IMG/VR virus record: IMGVR_UViG_3300044513_002407 | Source of the DNA: an uncultured virus (IMG/VR IMGVR_UViG_3300044513_002407) | Taxonomy: Duplodnaviria > Heunggongvirae > Uroviricota > Caudoviricetes | Strand: one strand, 5' to 3' | DNA: 64,000 nucleotides | In this document: positions 35,930 to 47,160 of the stretch, one piece after another | How the letters are laid out: every line of letters starts with the position of its first letter | Position numbering within the stretch: position 1 is the first letter of the stretch | Translations under genes and position numbers: made by a program | Notes under the pieces: generated by a model | Told to the model about the DNA's origin: nothing | The model's input: the letters and a program-made list of their open reading frames with translations, nothing else | Databases searched by the model: none

Positions 35930-38900
35930 TCACTTAGATTCGTATTCAACAACGATTCTATCTACATCCTTGCGCTCTGCTTGGACGAAATAGAAACACT
36001 GTCCTCCTCCTATGTATACTCGATTGTTTTCAATTTTTTCTACCCAGGAGTTGTGATTACCGATCGGTGTGAGTTGAACGGTAATGCTATCTTCATCAAC
36101 TAAAGCGGTCCAATAATCTGGAAGTTCGATAACATCATCTGCCTTACCACGGACATATACGCCGTGCTCTGGACCTTCAAGTGAACCATAACGTAACTTA
36201 TACCCTTCCTTGGTTGGGTGGTCAATAACGAACGACTTGCTTGTTGCAGCAAATGCACCGTTAACTTCAAGTTTATAATCGGTTGATGGTGTAGTTGTGT
36301 TGATACCAACATTTCCATTGGTAGCATCGAGGGTAAAGAAGTCAGTATTAGTTGTCCAAGAGAAGAACTTCAGTTTGTTGTCAACTGTTGTTCCACTCTG
36401 CCATCTCCACTGTGCTTTTAGTTCTCCATTATCTGCAAATCTAATATGAGATTGCAGACCTGCTGGGTTATCGAGAAGGATACCAGTATATGACGCAGCG
36501 CCAGTTCCTCTACCTTTAACAACTAATTGAGCGTATGGATCCGCTCCAGTGTGACTTGCTTCAATTAATGTTCTTCCATAAACACTTAATGCACCATTAT
36601 ACTCAGAGGTTGCAGGAGTCAATCTCATGAACTCCCTAATAGTTCCACCTTGAGTTCCAGTCCAACGGAAGAACTCATTACCATTATCGCTAATATTAAA
36701 CTCTAATCTAGAGTTTGTATCTGCATCCTCGTCATTATAGAATAGAATAGACGCACCATCACTATTTCTTGCCCAGGTAATACCTGCTTCATCTTGGTTG
36801 AAGTTGATATTACCACTCATGGTTCCACCCGAAAGTGGAAGGTTGCCGCTTGCAGTTCCCTTAAATCCTACTTCATCCCCACCAGGAGTACCTGTTGCGT
36901 AGATAAATCTTGCAGCAAAATCTCCATCAGCGGAACGCAATACTGCATCACCATTAGAATTGGTATCATAAAGATTACCAGTTCCAATACCAGTAGAAAC
37001 ACCTAAGTTACCTGCGTGCCAAATAATATTACCATTAATTGATGCAGTATTAACATCAAAGTCCATATCACCAGTTCCAGCGGTTGATGAACCACCAGTG
37101 ATACTAATCTTAGCATCATATACTCCATTACCTGATGACTTGAAGTTAATTTCTGGGGATAATGCTTGAGTATTATTACCTAAAGTTAAGAATGGATTTC
37201 CAGATGCATCTGATCCAAGTTTTACTTTATCTAATGCATATGATTCATCAGTAGTTTGAGCAAAATCTGTAACTGGATAATACTCAGCAGGTGCAGTAGC
37301 AGTACCAACTTTTCTGATAGCTCTTGTTAAGTTACCAGATTGCAATTCAACTGTTAGAATCGTGTATGGATTATTAACTTTTCTTTCAAATAAGAACTCT
37401 GCAGTTCCATTTGTTGCAGTTACTGTGCCGCTCCCATGTACTGGAGGCACAGTTCCTGCAGTATATCCACCAGAACTAATGTTGTTTACAACATAAATGT
37501 TATGACCATATACTACACGATCATTTCTTTGGAACGTTGCATTTGCTTCCCATTCATAGTTTTGCTCAACATATTGAGTTCCAGTCAAGTAGTTTGCTGG
37601 ATCAAGATTAACTTTTCTATTCAGTAATTTAACTGTACCTTCGTTGACATTGTTTGCGGTATACAGGTTTAATTGAACACCTGCTTGTAATACTCCAGTA
37701 CCTGCAGTTGTATCTAAAGATTCAATTTGCTCTTGAGTTAAATTATATCCTTCAATGTAAATATCATAGTGACCACCATTGTTTACTTGGAATGCTGGAT
37801 TTGGAACTGTAATTCTAATTTCTTTATTGAAAGCAGTTTCATCCATCAATGATGGCAGTTTGCTATTCATTAAAGTTTCATCTTCAGAAAGATTCAATGC
37901 AGTTTGTAACCAGCGAAGTTCTTTTCCTTGAAGGAAATCTGCATCTAATCCAGAATCAACCCCATCATTACCTTCATGCCAAACCTTTTTCCAAGAAGAC
38001 CACGTATTTTGCCCTGCATTATTCTGGTATACAGGAAGTGATGCTGTAATTACTGCTGGGGTTGTAATTTGTCTCGTATTTTGCTCACCAAAATATGAGA
38101 ATGGAAGAACAACGGTAAATGAAGTGCTAGCACCACCATCAACGTTATAACCCCAGCCTTTGTCTGTAAGTTCTACCTGAGTAAATGAACCATTGACTAC
38201 AGTGAGATTTCCCTTTAATCCAAATCCATCGCCACCACCGAGAGGTACATCATAGTAGATTCCATCTGGATAACCAGAACCACCAGTGGTAATGGTCAAA
38301 GCATTGACTTGGTTAGCACCACTATTTCTAATAAAGATGTTATTGTTATCTGTAAATGCTAATTGATTTGTAGCACCTTCACTGAAAGTACTTCCAGTAC
38401 CACCTCTTCTAAACGTAAGTACGCTATGATATTGCCCACCATCTTCTAAGAATTCCCAATCATTAGCATAACCAGGATTAGCATCATTATCTTTCCACTG
38501 TAAGTGACCACCTGCTAAGTAGTTAGATGGTTGGAATGTTGAACTTCTTGCATCCTTTGCGACAGTAATATCAGCAAAGTCAGCAGTACCTTCAATATCA
38601 ATACCATAAGTACCAATCAGACAATTTGCAGGCAAACCTGGTGTTGGTGAACTACCTGGTACAAAGTTATCACACTCGACATAGAAGTTAGAATCTTGGT
38701 TGTCTAATGTATCTGCATCAAGACCAGAACCTTGACCCTGGTCAATATCAATAGCACCATCATTTCCAATGATAAATTGACCAATCCTTACACCAGATCC
38801 AGTATCTGATTTTCTAAACTTAGCAACACCTACAGTACTGTAGTTGTTGGAATTTGGAGTATTGCCATTAACTCTATTTACGTCAATTGTAATATCATTG

Positions 38901-41900
38901 AATAGTTTTGGAATTGTTGCAAAGTACGCTTCAATATCAGCAGCAGATGTTGGAGTAGTACCAATAATTGCTGGATTTGGACTAATTGTGAAGAAGATAT
39001 TTCCAGCAGTTGGAGTGTAGTTAACACCACCATCTGTAATTTGAATGTATTGAATTGCACCATCAGTTACAGTTGATGTTGCAGTTGCGTCTACACCGCC
39101 ACCACCTGTAATTTCAACAAGAGGGGTATTAGATCCCAGTCCACTACCACCATCAAGAACATTAATCTTTACAACTTGACCACCAGAAATATATGCTCTT
39201 GCACTAATTCCATTAATTACTGATGGGTTTTGTGGATCAGTCCAATTGTCCTTAAATGTAATTGTTGGTGCTGAAATATAACCAGTACCACCATTAGTAA
39301 CAGTTAGAGAACTTACAGTTCCATCGGAAACTTTAACAGTTCCCTTCAAGTTTTGACCGTTACCACCAAGAAGAGATATATCAGTATAAGTTCCAGTCGT
39401 ATATCCTTCGCCACCATCAGCAAGTTCTACTGATTTAATATAAGTACTGGTGCTATTATTACCACCAAGGATAACAGGAGATGCATCACCAACTTTAAGT
39501 GATGCTACTGCTGGAGCAAACAGAGAATCACCTCTGAGATATGTCAGAGAACTTGCAGGGTTTTGTGCAGTAACACCAGCAAGACGAGTTGGGTTGATAA
39601 TACCAGAAGTAATGAACGAAGCATCAATCGTAGATGAAGTTAACTGAATCCAGTTATCAATATTAAAACCTGAGGTATTAATAACATTTGCTAATGTAAT
39701 TGTATTAGCAGTTGGTTGAGCTTGATCGTCAATAGTGTCAGTAACTTCAGTTTTGATGTTATTGATGATATTAATACTCAATCTAGATCTTACAATTGCA
39801 GTAAGGGCAGCGCCAACACCAGCAGAAGTAGTAATAGTAATTGTTCCACCTGCAGTAGAAGGTGCAGTGAAGTAATTATCTCCACCCGAAGTCAAAGTTA
39901 CGGAAGTAACAACACCACCATTTACATTAAGTGTACCAGTTGCTGCAGTTCCACCGCTAGGAGTTGAGAATGTTACAGTATCTCCAGTTTGATAACCACT
40001 ACCACCAGCAGTGACAACAACTTGCTTAACTGTACCTACGAGGAAATTAGTAACTTGACCTTGACCACCACCAGGAGATGCAAGAGTAATATCACCATTT
40101 GAGAATGCATGATTTACATCTGGTTCAAATTCAAGAATTTGACTATCTAAGTCATTATTAAGAATGAACGAAATTGGAGTTCCTTGAGTTTCAAAGATAT
40201 GGTTACCAGAACCAGCAGATGAGATAATAATATTAGCACCAGTAGAGGCATCTGTAATTGAAGATGCTAACTCAATGGTATCTGTATCAATAACAATTGC
40301 ATAATAAGTTTCTCCATCAACAAGTGGTGAAGGTGCAGTTACTGTTCCTGTACCCTCATAGTAAATAACAGCGTCAGAAGTATTCAATCCATGTCCAGTG
40401 ATGGTAAATTCATTACCAGAAATATCAGCAGATGTGAAATTAAACTCTTGAGTTGCGGTTTCAATAACAATGTCACCTGCAAGAGGACCTTCAAATGCAA
40501 GACGTTCTGCTTCATCAACAACAGTATAGATATTGAATGGTCTCAATGCAGGAAGTTGGTCAATATTAATACGACCAGAGTTGTCTAGCTGAACCAGTGC
40601 ATTTGGAGTTGGTGTAGTTGAATAAGTACGACCAATGTAAATACCCAGCTGGTTATTGATATATTGATAAACTGCTCTTTGAGTTGGCAGAATGCCGTCA
40701 GAAGGACCAGGAGCAACACCACCAAGTTCGATAGCATTCAAGTTAACTTCAGGTCCAAATCCTTCAATAGTGACATTACCACCAGCAATCTTCAGGAAGC
40801 TAACCTCAGAAATTTCAACAGTACCACCAAAGGTGATGTTACCAGTTCTGTTCTCAACGTTAGCAAAATAACCAATCTTGAAGTCACCAAGTTCGTCAGT
40901 ACCTGATGCATAAACACGACCATTTAATTGAGATACTTGTTCAAAATCACCAGTTTCTGAAGATCCTCTCTTACCACCATTTTGTGGTAGAGCATTATAA
41001 TCATTACCAGAACCAGAGAATTCCCAGGTATGCGAAGATGAGTTGCAAATGGAAGGTCTGATAAAGTCAATTGGGTGATTCTGAAGTTTATCTTTATTGA
41101 ACTCATTGATAGTAAAGAATCCGTTTTCTCTTACTGCCGTTGAAGGCATTGGAGAAGTTACTGTTGGATTATCAATGATTTCATCAAACAGATCACTAAG
41201 AGTTTGAATGGCAGATTGTACGTTAGCACAATCACCGCTTACATAATCAGGAGCAGTTGAGATATCATGAATAACAGCAGTATCTACATATGGAATTTCA
41301 TCAGTCCATTCTGCAACGTAATAATCTGCAGTTTGTGCTGTAGATCCTTTGATTTGCAGTAAGTTATTGATTGCTTTCTTAGCAAGTGTTGTTGCAGTAT
41401 CAATAACTTCCTTGGTTGCTGCTTCATATCCAGCAACGTGCTGAATCGAACTACCACTTACATAAAGTTTAGCAGCATCCCATGTAGCATCATTAGCATC
41501 ATACTTAATATCAGTTGCCCATGCTTTAACGATCTCTTCTACGTCACGAATGCACTTATCTCTATTTTGATCAAATGCATTTGATGATGTTGCTGCTGTG
41601 CTAAAGTATGCTTCCTCTGCAATATATCGAGCATTATTCTCAAGAAGAACTGAGGCATCAGTGTAACGGTTGTAGTTACCTCTGACACTCATGTTAGCAT
41701 TTGCTCTAACTTCTGCAGTAACTGGAGTTGTTGGTGTTGCAGATTCTGTTACTTCAATGAAGTAACGTGGATTTTGACCAGGAGTAGTCGAGAGTTCAAA
41801 TCCATTTGGATTAATAATATAATGTTCAAGAGGAGCTTCACCTAATCCAGTAACAGTAAAGATTGGTCTACCAACATCATTAAACGTAATGTTATCAATA

Positions 41901-44900
41901 TCACCTTTATGGAAACTATATGCTTCTGCTCTAACTCCATTTGCTCTCAGAGAGTATGTACCAAAGTTAGATGCAGAGTTAGTCAGTGATGCATAACCAC
42001 CAGATTCAACCAATGCACCATCTTGAGTAAAAATACAGAAGACCGAAACTAGCTGAGTATATCCATCATTGAATACTCGATAACCTGTACCACCAAACGA
42101 GATGATTGTAAACGCAGCAGCAACCATCGACTTACCTTGTGGTGGAAGTCCAGGTCTCTTAACGTTTGGAGTTGCTACTTTAGATCCATCAATTTCACAA
42201 CCATTACCACCAAGGAATGAAATTACAGATGCATTGAAGATGTATGGAGATACTTCAATAATTGGAAGATCATCATATGAGTGACCTACATTGAAGAATT
42301 TATTATTACTATCTTCAAAGTGTACGGTTGCATATTCTGTTGCATCAACTGTACGACCATTGATTCTATCAACAACAATGTTCCACAGAGTATACAGTGA
42401 AGATGCTACATTATCGCAAGCAAATGATCTATTGGCGTCATATGAATTTGAAATAGTAGTATCTTGATATGGAGTAATACCGAGAGATGAGTCGAACTGA
42501 GTTCCTACTCCATCAAATACTTTATCAGCATTATTTGATCCAAGAAGAACCGCCTTAGTATAACTAAATGCGAATCCATAAGTTGGACCATTGTTTGAAG
42601 TATATTCTAAATTCCAAGTTCTACCTTTGTCTTGGGAAGTATATACATATGAATCTGATGCCGCATTATAAACTGACCAGAATCTATTTCCATCATGAAC
42701 AAGTTCACTAATAGTATTGTTTGAAATATTACCAGAAGGTAAAGTTCTAGTAGCATGATTGAGATTGTCATTTGTTACTGCATCGGTAACAATTGTTGTT
42801 AACGTAGTAATTGCAGATGCCACATTAGAGCATCTTTCAATTTCTACACTAGCATCAATAGTGATATCTGCTTTTGTAAATTGAGTAATTCCAGTAGTAA
42901 ATTGAGATTCTAAACCTGCAAGATATGCACTATCTCCAAGATATGAAAGCGTAATTGAAATATTACGCATTGCTTGAATTGCAAGATCTCTTGCATTGTT
43001 GATAATTGCTACTGTTTCTGCTTCTTCGCCGTCTACATGTGTTGTACCAACATAGTAAGACGCTGCATCATACGACTTAGCATTTCCTCCATGTCTAAGG
43101 TCATGGGCAATTGCTTCCAGAACATCTACAACATCGTCTACACAGTTCTGGTTGCCAGTTGGGATAGTAAATGAGTTTGCATCAACATATGCATAAACTG
43201 CCTGTGCAGCAATCAGTTTCTTATTCTCAAGGATAAGATCTGAAGCGTCCCAATATCTATTTGCTTGACCAGTAATTCCTTCATCAGCAGCAGGAGATCG
43301 TGTAACACTGGTGAGATTGCCAGGAGCAGCAGTAGTACCAATAGCAGTTGTTAAAATACCAAAGAAGGTGCTGATCGCACTAGCAACGTTTGCACATGCA
43401 GGAGAACCAGTATCTACAGTAATAGTATTATCTGTATATTGAGTAAGACCTGAAGCAAAGTTCAGAACATCACTAGCATTAAATGCCTCATTCCTCATTG
43501 CTTGAATAGCAAGAGTTTCTGCATATCCAAATACTTCTACTGACTCATCTTCTTCACCAGAAACATGAGCACCAGTTACATAGCGGTTTGCTGCATCGTA
43601 TACTTCATCGTTACCACCAAACTCCAGGTTGATAACCATTGACTCCAAGAAGTCAATTACGTCATCTTTACATGAAGAACTTCCATTTGGAATATTAAAT
43701 CCAGGATTATTATCAAGCATCTTATTGACTGAGATTTCAGCAATAATTGCTTTATTTTGTAGAATCAGATCTGCAGCATCGGCAAAACGATCACCTTGAT
43801 TATTATCTGGACCTGCATTAGAAAGAACGCCAGTGTCCCATGTTAATCCTCCATCATCACTGGTAATGACACTACCATTACCGCCAACAACCACCATTCT
43901 GCCTTCAGTCCAAGAAATTCCAAGAAGTGCATCAGTGGTTCCACTTTCCTGTGCAGTCCAAGTATTTCCATCGGAGGATTCTAAAATTACACCATCAACA
44001 CCAACTGCAATAAACTTATCAATATCATCATTATAAATGATATCTAAAAGATTAGTAGATACTCCACTTGTTCCTGATTGCCATGAAGTTACATTATTAG
44101 AGTATAGTACATCACCAGCACCACCAACTGCAACATAGGTATTACCGTTATATGCAAGAGCAGTAAAGTTAGTAGTAACTCCTGAAGTTACAGTATACCA
44201 ATCTTCACCATTGCTTGACCAAAGAATGGTTCCGTTATTACCAACTACGACATATTCTGGAACTCCTCTTTCACCAACTGCCCACTTATTCCAAACAATA
44301 TCTCTAAGATTTTGTGATGTACCACTTGCTTGGGCAGTCCAAGTTTCTCCGTCTACTGAAGTATGGATTGCTCCAGTATCACCAACAGCAACGAACTTTT
44401 CATTGTCCCAAATTGCATTACGAAGACCTCCAGTGTATCCATTTACCCTAGTAAATGTACCAACTCCCGAAGTATCAACATAATTCAACTGGTTACGCAT
44501 TGCCCTGATAGACAGGTCTCTTGCTTGCTCAAATGCGTAAGTGGTTTCTTTAAGTTGATTCTCAATATGTGTTAATGCACCAGCATCATAGTAGTAATCC
44601 GCTGCTTCCTTAGTTGCAGCATTACCACCCCAAGTGAGGTCATAGTTGATAGCATCAACAATATGACCAATGTCAGTTTTGCACTGAGTTTCATCAGGAA
44701 CTACAAGTGCAGGATACTCTTCTTTAGCTCTTCTGAGTGCTTCTTCTGTGATTCCTGTTTTGTTTCTACCTATCAGATCAGCAGCATCAAGATATCTATT
44801 AGGACTCTTATTTGACTCTTCAAACTTCTTAGGAGAGTTGTCAAGAGAGAATACTACGTAATGGTCATCAGATGTTACGGTAGCGCCATTTGCAGTAACA

Positions 44901-46339
44901 TCATATTCTCCATTAACAGCACCCAATGTAATTAGATCTGTTGGTGTATCCTTAAATACTACAAATTTTTGACTAAATCCATCAGCTGTTTCAATTCTAT
45001 GAGAAACATATTGCCTACCATTAAATCTAGAAAGATCTCCAAACGTACCGACGCTAGGTAAATTATTAATATTTACATATTGACCAACTTCATAGTCATG
45101 ATAGAAATCAGTAACAACTTCAAAAATTAATCCTTGAGGATAATTTACTGGATCATATTTTACACTTCTTAAACCATAAGTTGTATGATTTGTTACGTGC
45201 TTAACTACTTGAGCGTCAGGTGTTAACTGCTCTCCATCAGAAACATTAATATTGTAAGTTGCTCCAGATTCATAATTATAGATAGCACCAACTGAATTAA
45301 TTTCACCAGAAATTTGATTGATTACAATATATCCCTGTTGTTCACCTGATGTAAATACAACTTCAGTAATTACACCAGTACCTAAAGTATCTTGGTTAGT
45401 AACAGTTAAACCAACTACAAGGAGAGCATTACCATTGTTGGAAGTAAAATTAAGTTTCCATTCTTCAGGTGCAGCAATTTTATGACCTAATTCAAAAGTT
45501 CTTCCATACTGACCACCAAGAGTTTTTGGATAGTAGAACCTTTGTCTATCATCAAATACATACGCATACCCCCAAGTAAATGCAGGATTTCCTTCGGCAT
45601 TTAAATTATCTCTAAAAGTAATACCTGTAACATAGTTCTCGTTCGCTGCCTTGAACATATGTTTCCCAGGATTCTGGGGTCTGATGATACACAGACGAAT
45701 ATTATCACCAACAACTGAGCATTGATCTGGCAGAGAAATTGGGTTATCTTCTAAGTAATCTCCACCTGCAACGATCAGAGTTTCTTTTTGATCAGTTAAT
45801 GCAGCAAGTTGTGTTGCTCTCTTAATAGATCTGACGGGTTTTGTAGCGGAGCGACCGTCAAAACTATCATTACCAATTTGTTCAGAAACATAAATACGAC
45901 CACCAACGTCATTGGTAGCAATATTATAAACAAAGTTTGTAGTAGCAATCTTGTTGCTATCATCATCAAACGCAGGAGTTTCAGAAACTGGCCAAAATAC
46001 TTCACCAGTATCTGGATCAGTAAATGTATTAAGGCGAGGAGCTTTAAGATTCAGTTCTGGATTGACAATGGTATCAATATCCAGGTTATTAATACGAGCA
46101 GTATCAGAAATGATAGATGTTGTGGTTCTAATCTGACCATTAACATCTAATTCATATAAAGGGTCAACTGTGTTAATACCAACACGAACAAGTTTATCAG
46201 CATCATTGGTCAAAATACCAAACAGGGCGGATTTCTCATCAGCACCACCACCCAGATCAAACCTAACACTGGTATCGTTTTTAACCTTTAGTTGATTAGA
46301 TTTAATAATCTCCTTATCGGCGTTAAATTCTAAAGCCAT
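35930..46339 (-). CDS. Giant tail fibre / virion structural protein (3469 aa)
   Basis: Beta-helix-like N-terminal region, BNR-type propeller repeats, four globin-like helical repeats, GGSGY beta repeats, GSGLDAD fibre motifs, C-terminal KSFVIDHP...LEGPE chaperone-like domain; ATAAATA at 46366-46372. Confidence 0.88.
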   Translation of the reverse strand: MALEFNADKEIIKSNQLKVKNDTSVRFDLGGGADEKSALFGILTNDADKLVRVGINTVDPLYELDVNGQIRTTTSIISDTARINNLDIDTIVNPELNLKAPRLNTFTDPDTGEVFWPVSETPAFDDDSNKIATTNFVYNIATNDVGGRIYVSEQIGNDSFDGRSATKPVRSIKRATQLAALTDQKETLIVAGGDYLEDNPISLPDQCSVVGDNIRLCIIRPQNPGKHMFKAANENYVTGITFRDNLNAEGNPAFTWGYAYVFDDRQRFYYPKTLGGQYGRTFELGHKIAAPEEWKLNFTSNNGNALLVVGLTVTNQDTLGTGVITEVVFTSGEQQGYIVINQISGEINSVGAIYNYESGATYNINVSDGEQLTPDAQVVKHVTNHTTYGLRSVKYDPVNYPQGLIFEVVTDFYHDYEVGQYVNINNLPSVGTFGDLSRFNGRQYVSHRIETADGFSQKFVVFKDTPTDLITLGAVNGEYDVTANGATVTSDDHYVVFSLDNSPKKFEESNKSPNRYLDAADLIGRNKTGITEEALRRAKEEYPALVVPDETQCKTDIGHIVDAINYDLTWGGNAATKEAADYYYDAGALTHIENQLKETTYAFEQARDLSIRAMRNQLNYVDTSGVGTFTRVNGYTGGLRNAIWDNEKFVAVGDTGAIHTSVDGETWTAQASGTSQNLRDIVWNKWAVGERGVPEYVVVGNNGTILWSSNGEDWYTVTSGVTTNFTALAYNGNTYVAVGGAGDVLYSNNVTSWQSGTSGVSTNLLDIIYNDDIDKFIAVGVDGVILESSDGNTWTAQESGTTDALLGISWTEGRMVVVGGNGSVITSDDGGLTWDTGVLSNAGPDNNQGDRFADAADLILQNKAIIAEISVNKMLDNNPGFNIPNGSSSCKDDVIDFLESMVINLEFGGNDEVYDAANRYVTGAHVSGEEDESVEVFGYAETLAIQAMRNEAFNASDVLNFASGLTQYTDNTITVDTGSPACANVASAISTFFGILTTAIGTTAAPGNLTSVTRSPAADEGITGQANRYWDASDLILENKKLIAAQAVYAYVDANSFTIPTGNQNCVDDVVDVLEAIAHDLRHGGNAKSYDAASYYVGTTHVDGEEAETVAIINNARDLAIQAMRNISITLSYLGDSAYLAGLESQFTTGITQFTKADITIDASVEIERCSNVASAITTLTTIVTDAVTNDNLNHATRTLPSGNISNNTISELVHDGNRFWSVYNAASDSYVYTSQDKGRTWNLEYTSNNGPTYGFAFSYTKAVLLGSNNADKVFDGVGTQFDSSLGITPYQDTTISNSYDANRSFACDNVASSLYTLWNIVVDRINGRTVDATEYATVHFEDSNNKFFNVGHSYDDLPIIEVSPYIFNASVISFLGGNGCEIDGSKVATPNVKRPGLPPQGKSMVAAAFTIISFGGTGYRVFNDGYTQLVSVFCIFTQDGALVESGGYASLTNSASNFGTYSLRANGVRAEAYSFHKGDIDNITFNDVGRPIFTVTGLGEAPLEHYIINPNGFELSTTPGQNPRYFIEVTESATPTTPVTAEVRANANMSVRGNYNRYTDASVLLENNARYIAEEAYFSTAATSSNAFDQNRDKCIRDVEEIVKAWATDIKYDANDATWDAAKLYVSGSSIQHVAGYEAATKEVIDTATTLAKKAINNLLQIKGSTAQTADYYVAEWTDEIPYVDTAVIHDISTAPDYVSGDCANVQSAIQTLSDLFDEIIDNPTVTSPMPSTAVRENGFFTINEFNKDKLQNHPIDFIRPSICNSSSHTWEFSGSGNDYNALPQNGGKRGSSETGDFEQVSQLNGRVYASGTDELGDFKIGYFANVENRTGNITFGGTVEISEVSFLKIAGGNVTIEGFGPEVNLNAIELGGVAPGPSDGILPTQRAVYQYINNQLGIYIGRTYSTTPTPNALVQLDNSGRINIDQLPALRPFNIYTVVDEAERLAFEGPLAGDIVIETATQEFNFTSADISGNEFTITGHGLNTSDAVIYYEGTGTVTAPSPLVDGETYYAIVIDTDTIELASSITDASTGANIIISSAGSGNHIFETQGTPISFILNNDLDSQILEFEPDVNHAFSNGDITLASPGGGQGQVTNFLVGTVKQVVVTAGGSGYQTGDTVTFSTPSGGTAATGTLNVNGGVVTSVTLTSGGDNYFTAPSTAGGTITITTSAGVGAALTAIVRSRLSINIINNIKTEVTDTIDDQAQPTANTITLANVINTSGFNIDNWIQLTSSTIDASFITSGIINPTRLAGVTAQNPASSLTYLRGDSLFAPAVASLKVGDASPVILGGNNSTSTYIKSVELADGGEGYTTGTYTDISLLGGNGQNLKGTVKVSDGTVSSLTVTNGGTGYISAPTITFKDNWTDPQNPSVINGISARAYISGGQVVKINVLDGGSGLGSNTPLVEITGGGGVDATATSTVTDGAIQYIQITDGGVNYTPTAGNIFFTISPNPAIIGTTPTSAADIEAYFATIPKLFNDITIDVNRVNGNTPNSNNYSTVGVAKFRKSDTGSGVRIGQFIIGNDGAIDIDQGQGSGLDADTLDNQDSNFYVECDNFVPGSSPTPGLPANCLIGTYGIDIEGTADFADITVAKDARSSTFQPSNYLAGGHLQWKDNDANPGYANDWEFLEDGGQYHSVLTFRRGGTGSTFSEGATNQLAFTDNNNIFIRNSGANQVNALTITTGGSGYPDGIYYDVPLGGGDGFGLKGNLTVVNGSFTQVELTDKGWGYNVDGGASTSFTVVLPFSYFGEQNTRQITTPAVITASLPVYQNNAGQNTWSSWKKVWHEGNDGVDSGLDADFLQGKELRWLQTALNLSEDETLMNSKLPSLMDETAFNKEIRITVPNPAFQVNNGGHYDIYIEGYNLTQEQIESLDTTAGTGVLQAGVQLNLYTANNVNEGTVKLLNRKVNLDPANYLTGTQYVEQNYEWEANATFQRNDRVVYGHNIYVVNNISSGGYTAGTVPPVHGSGTVTATNGTAEFLFERKVNNPYTILTVELQSGNLTRAIRKVGTATAPAEYYPVTDFAQTTDESYALDKVKLGSDASGNPFLTLGNNTQALSPEINFKSSGNGVYDAKISITGGSSTAGTGDMDFDVNTASINGNIIWHAGNLGVSTGIGTGNLYDTNSNGDAVLRSADGDFAARFIYATGTPGGDEVGFKGTASGNLPLSGGTMSGNINFNQDEAGITWARNSDGASILFYNDEDADTNSRLEFNISDNGNEFFRWTGTQGGTIREFMRLTPATSEYNGALSVYGRTLIEASHTGADPYAQLVVKGRGTGAASYTGILLDNPAGLQSHIRFADNGELKAQWRWQSGTTVDNKLKFFSWTTNTDFFTLDATNGNVGINTTTPSTDYKLEVNGAFAATSKSFVIDHPTKEGYKLRYGSLEGPEHGVYVRGKADDVIELPDYWTALVDEDSITVQLTPIGNHNSWVEKIENNRVYIGGGQCFYFVQAERKDVDRIVVEYESK

Positions 46340-46382
46340 TTGCTCCTATGGTCTCCGTATAAAGTTATTTATCTCTTTTTAA

Positions 46383-47156
46383 TCAATAACCCCTTTGGGT
46401 ATACACAATTTCAATCTTTCCTGACCACTTGATTCCAGTACCTCTTAATTCCAAAGATCCGTTAGTTGAAACTGCAGTTGCAAATGACAACTCTTTAGTG
46501 GTATTGTTTACATCTGGTGAAATTGTCCAAACATGACCTAGTGGAACATTATCTTTAACTACAGTACTTGAAGTTGCCGCAGCAGTTAAAATATTATTAG
46601 AGTCACTTAAAACAGCACTTTCAATTTTAACAGCATACTCCCAATTAGATCCTAAATTGGTAATTTCATAAGTTTCATTTAAAATAGGATTATTTTGATC
46701 TAACGCAGCAGGAAGTTCTACAGTAAATGTCGATACCCCAGTTACTGTTACTGGATAAGTTCCATTTCCTGCAGAATATGCACTATTTGTCAATTCAATA
46801 GTGATGTTATCTCCAGTTGTAAATCCATGATTAGATAGGGTTCCACTAAGAATGGGACTATTCGCATTTGCAGTCCACTCAACGATAGGGTATCCTTCCC
46901 AGGTCCCTAAGAAAAATCCATTAAGAAATACAATTCTATCTGCCTCAACTACATGCCCTGGGGACATGACTACAGATGGAGAGTTGTTATCTAACTCTGA
47001 GTGTGCAATATATTCTTTTTTAAATGTTTTATCATTAGAGTTGTTTAATACTTTTAAAGTATTAACATCAATTACATTTCTTTGTGGATCAATGATGGTA
47101 GATTCTGCAACCGAAAATCCACCATCCGACTGTAAGGACTTTAAAATTTTTGCCAT
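46383..47156 (-). CDS. Virion structural protein
   Basis: 257 aa, S.GGFSV N-terminus, internal HGFTTGDNITI module; between two giant fibres. Confidence 0.75.
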   Translation of the reverse strand: MAKILKSLQSDGGFSVAESTIIDPQRNVIDVNTLKVLNNSNDKTFKKEYIAHSELDNNSPSVVMSPGHVVEADRIVFLNGFFLGTWEGYPIVEWTANANSPILSGTLSNHGFTTGDNITIELTNSAYSAGNGTYPVTVTGVSTFTVELPAALDQNNPILNETYEITNLGSNWEYAVKIESAVLSDSNNILTAAATSSTVVKDNVPLGHVWTISPDVNNTTKELSFATAVSTNGSLELRGTGIKWSGKIEIVYTQRGY

Positions 47157-47160
47157 GGAA

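Noticed and set aside
43830..44430. Propeller repeats resembling the PSII assembly factor Ycf48
   Set aside because: Generic BNR/Asp-box repeats; no specific evidence for a photosystem role
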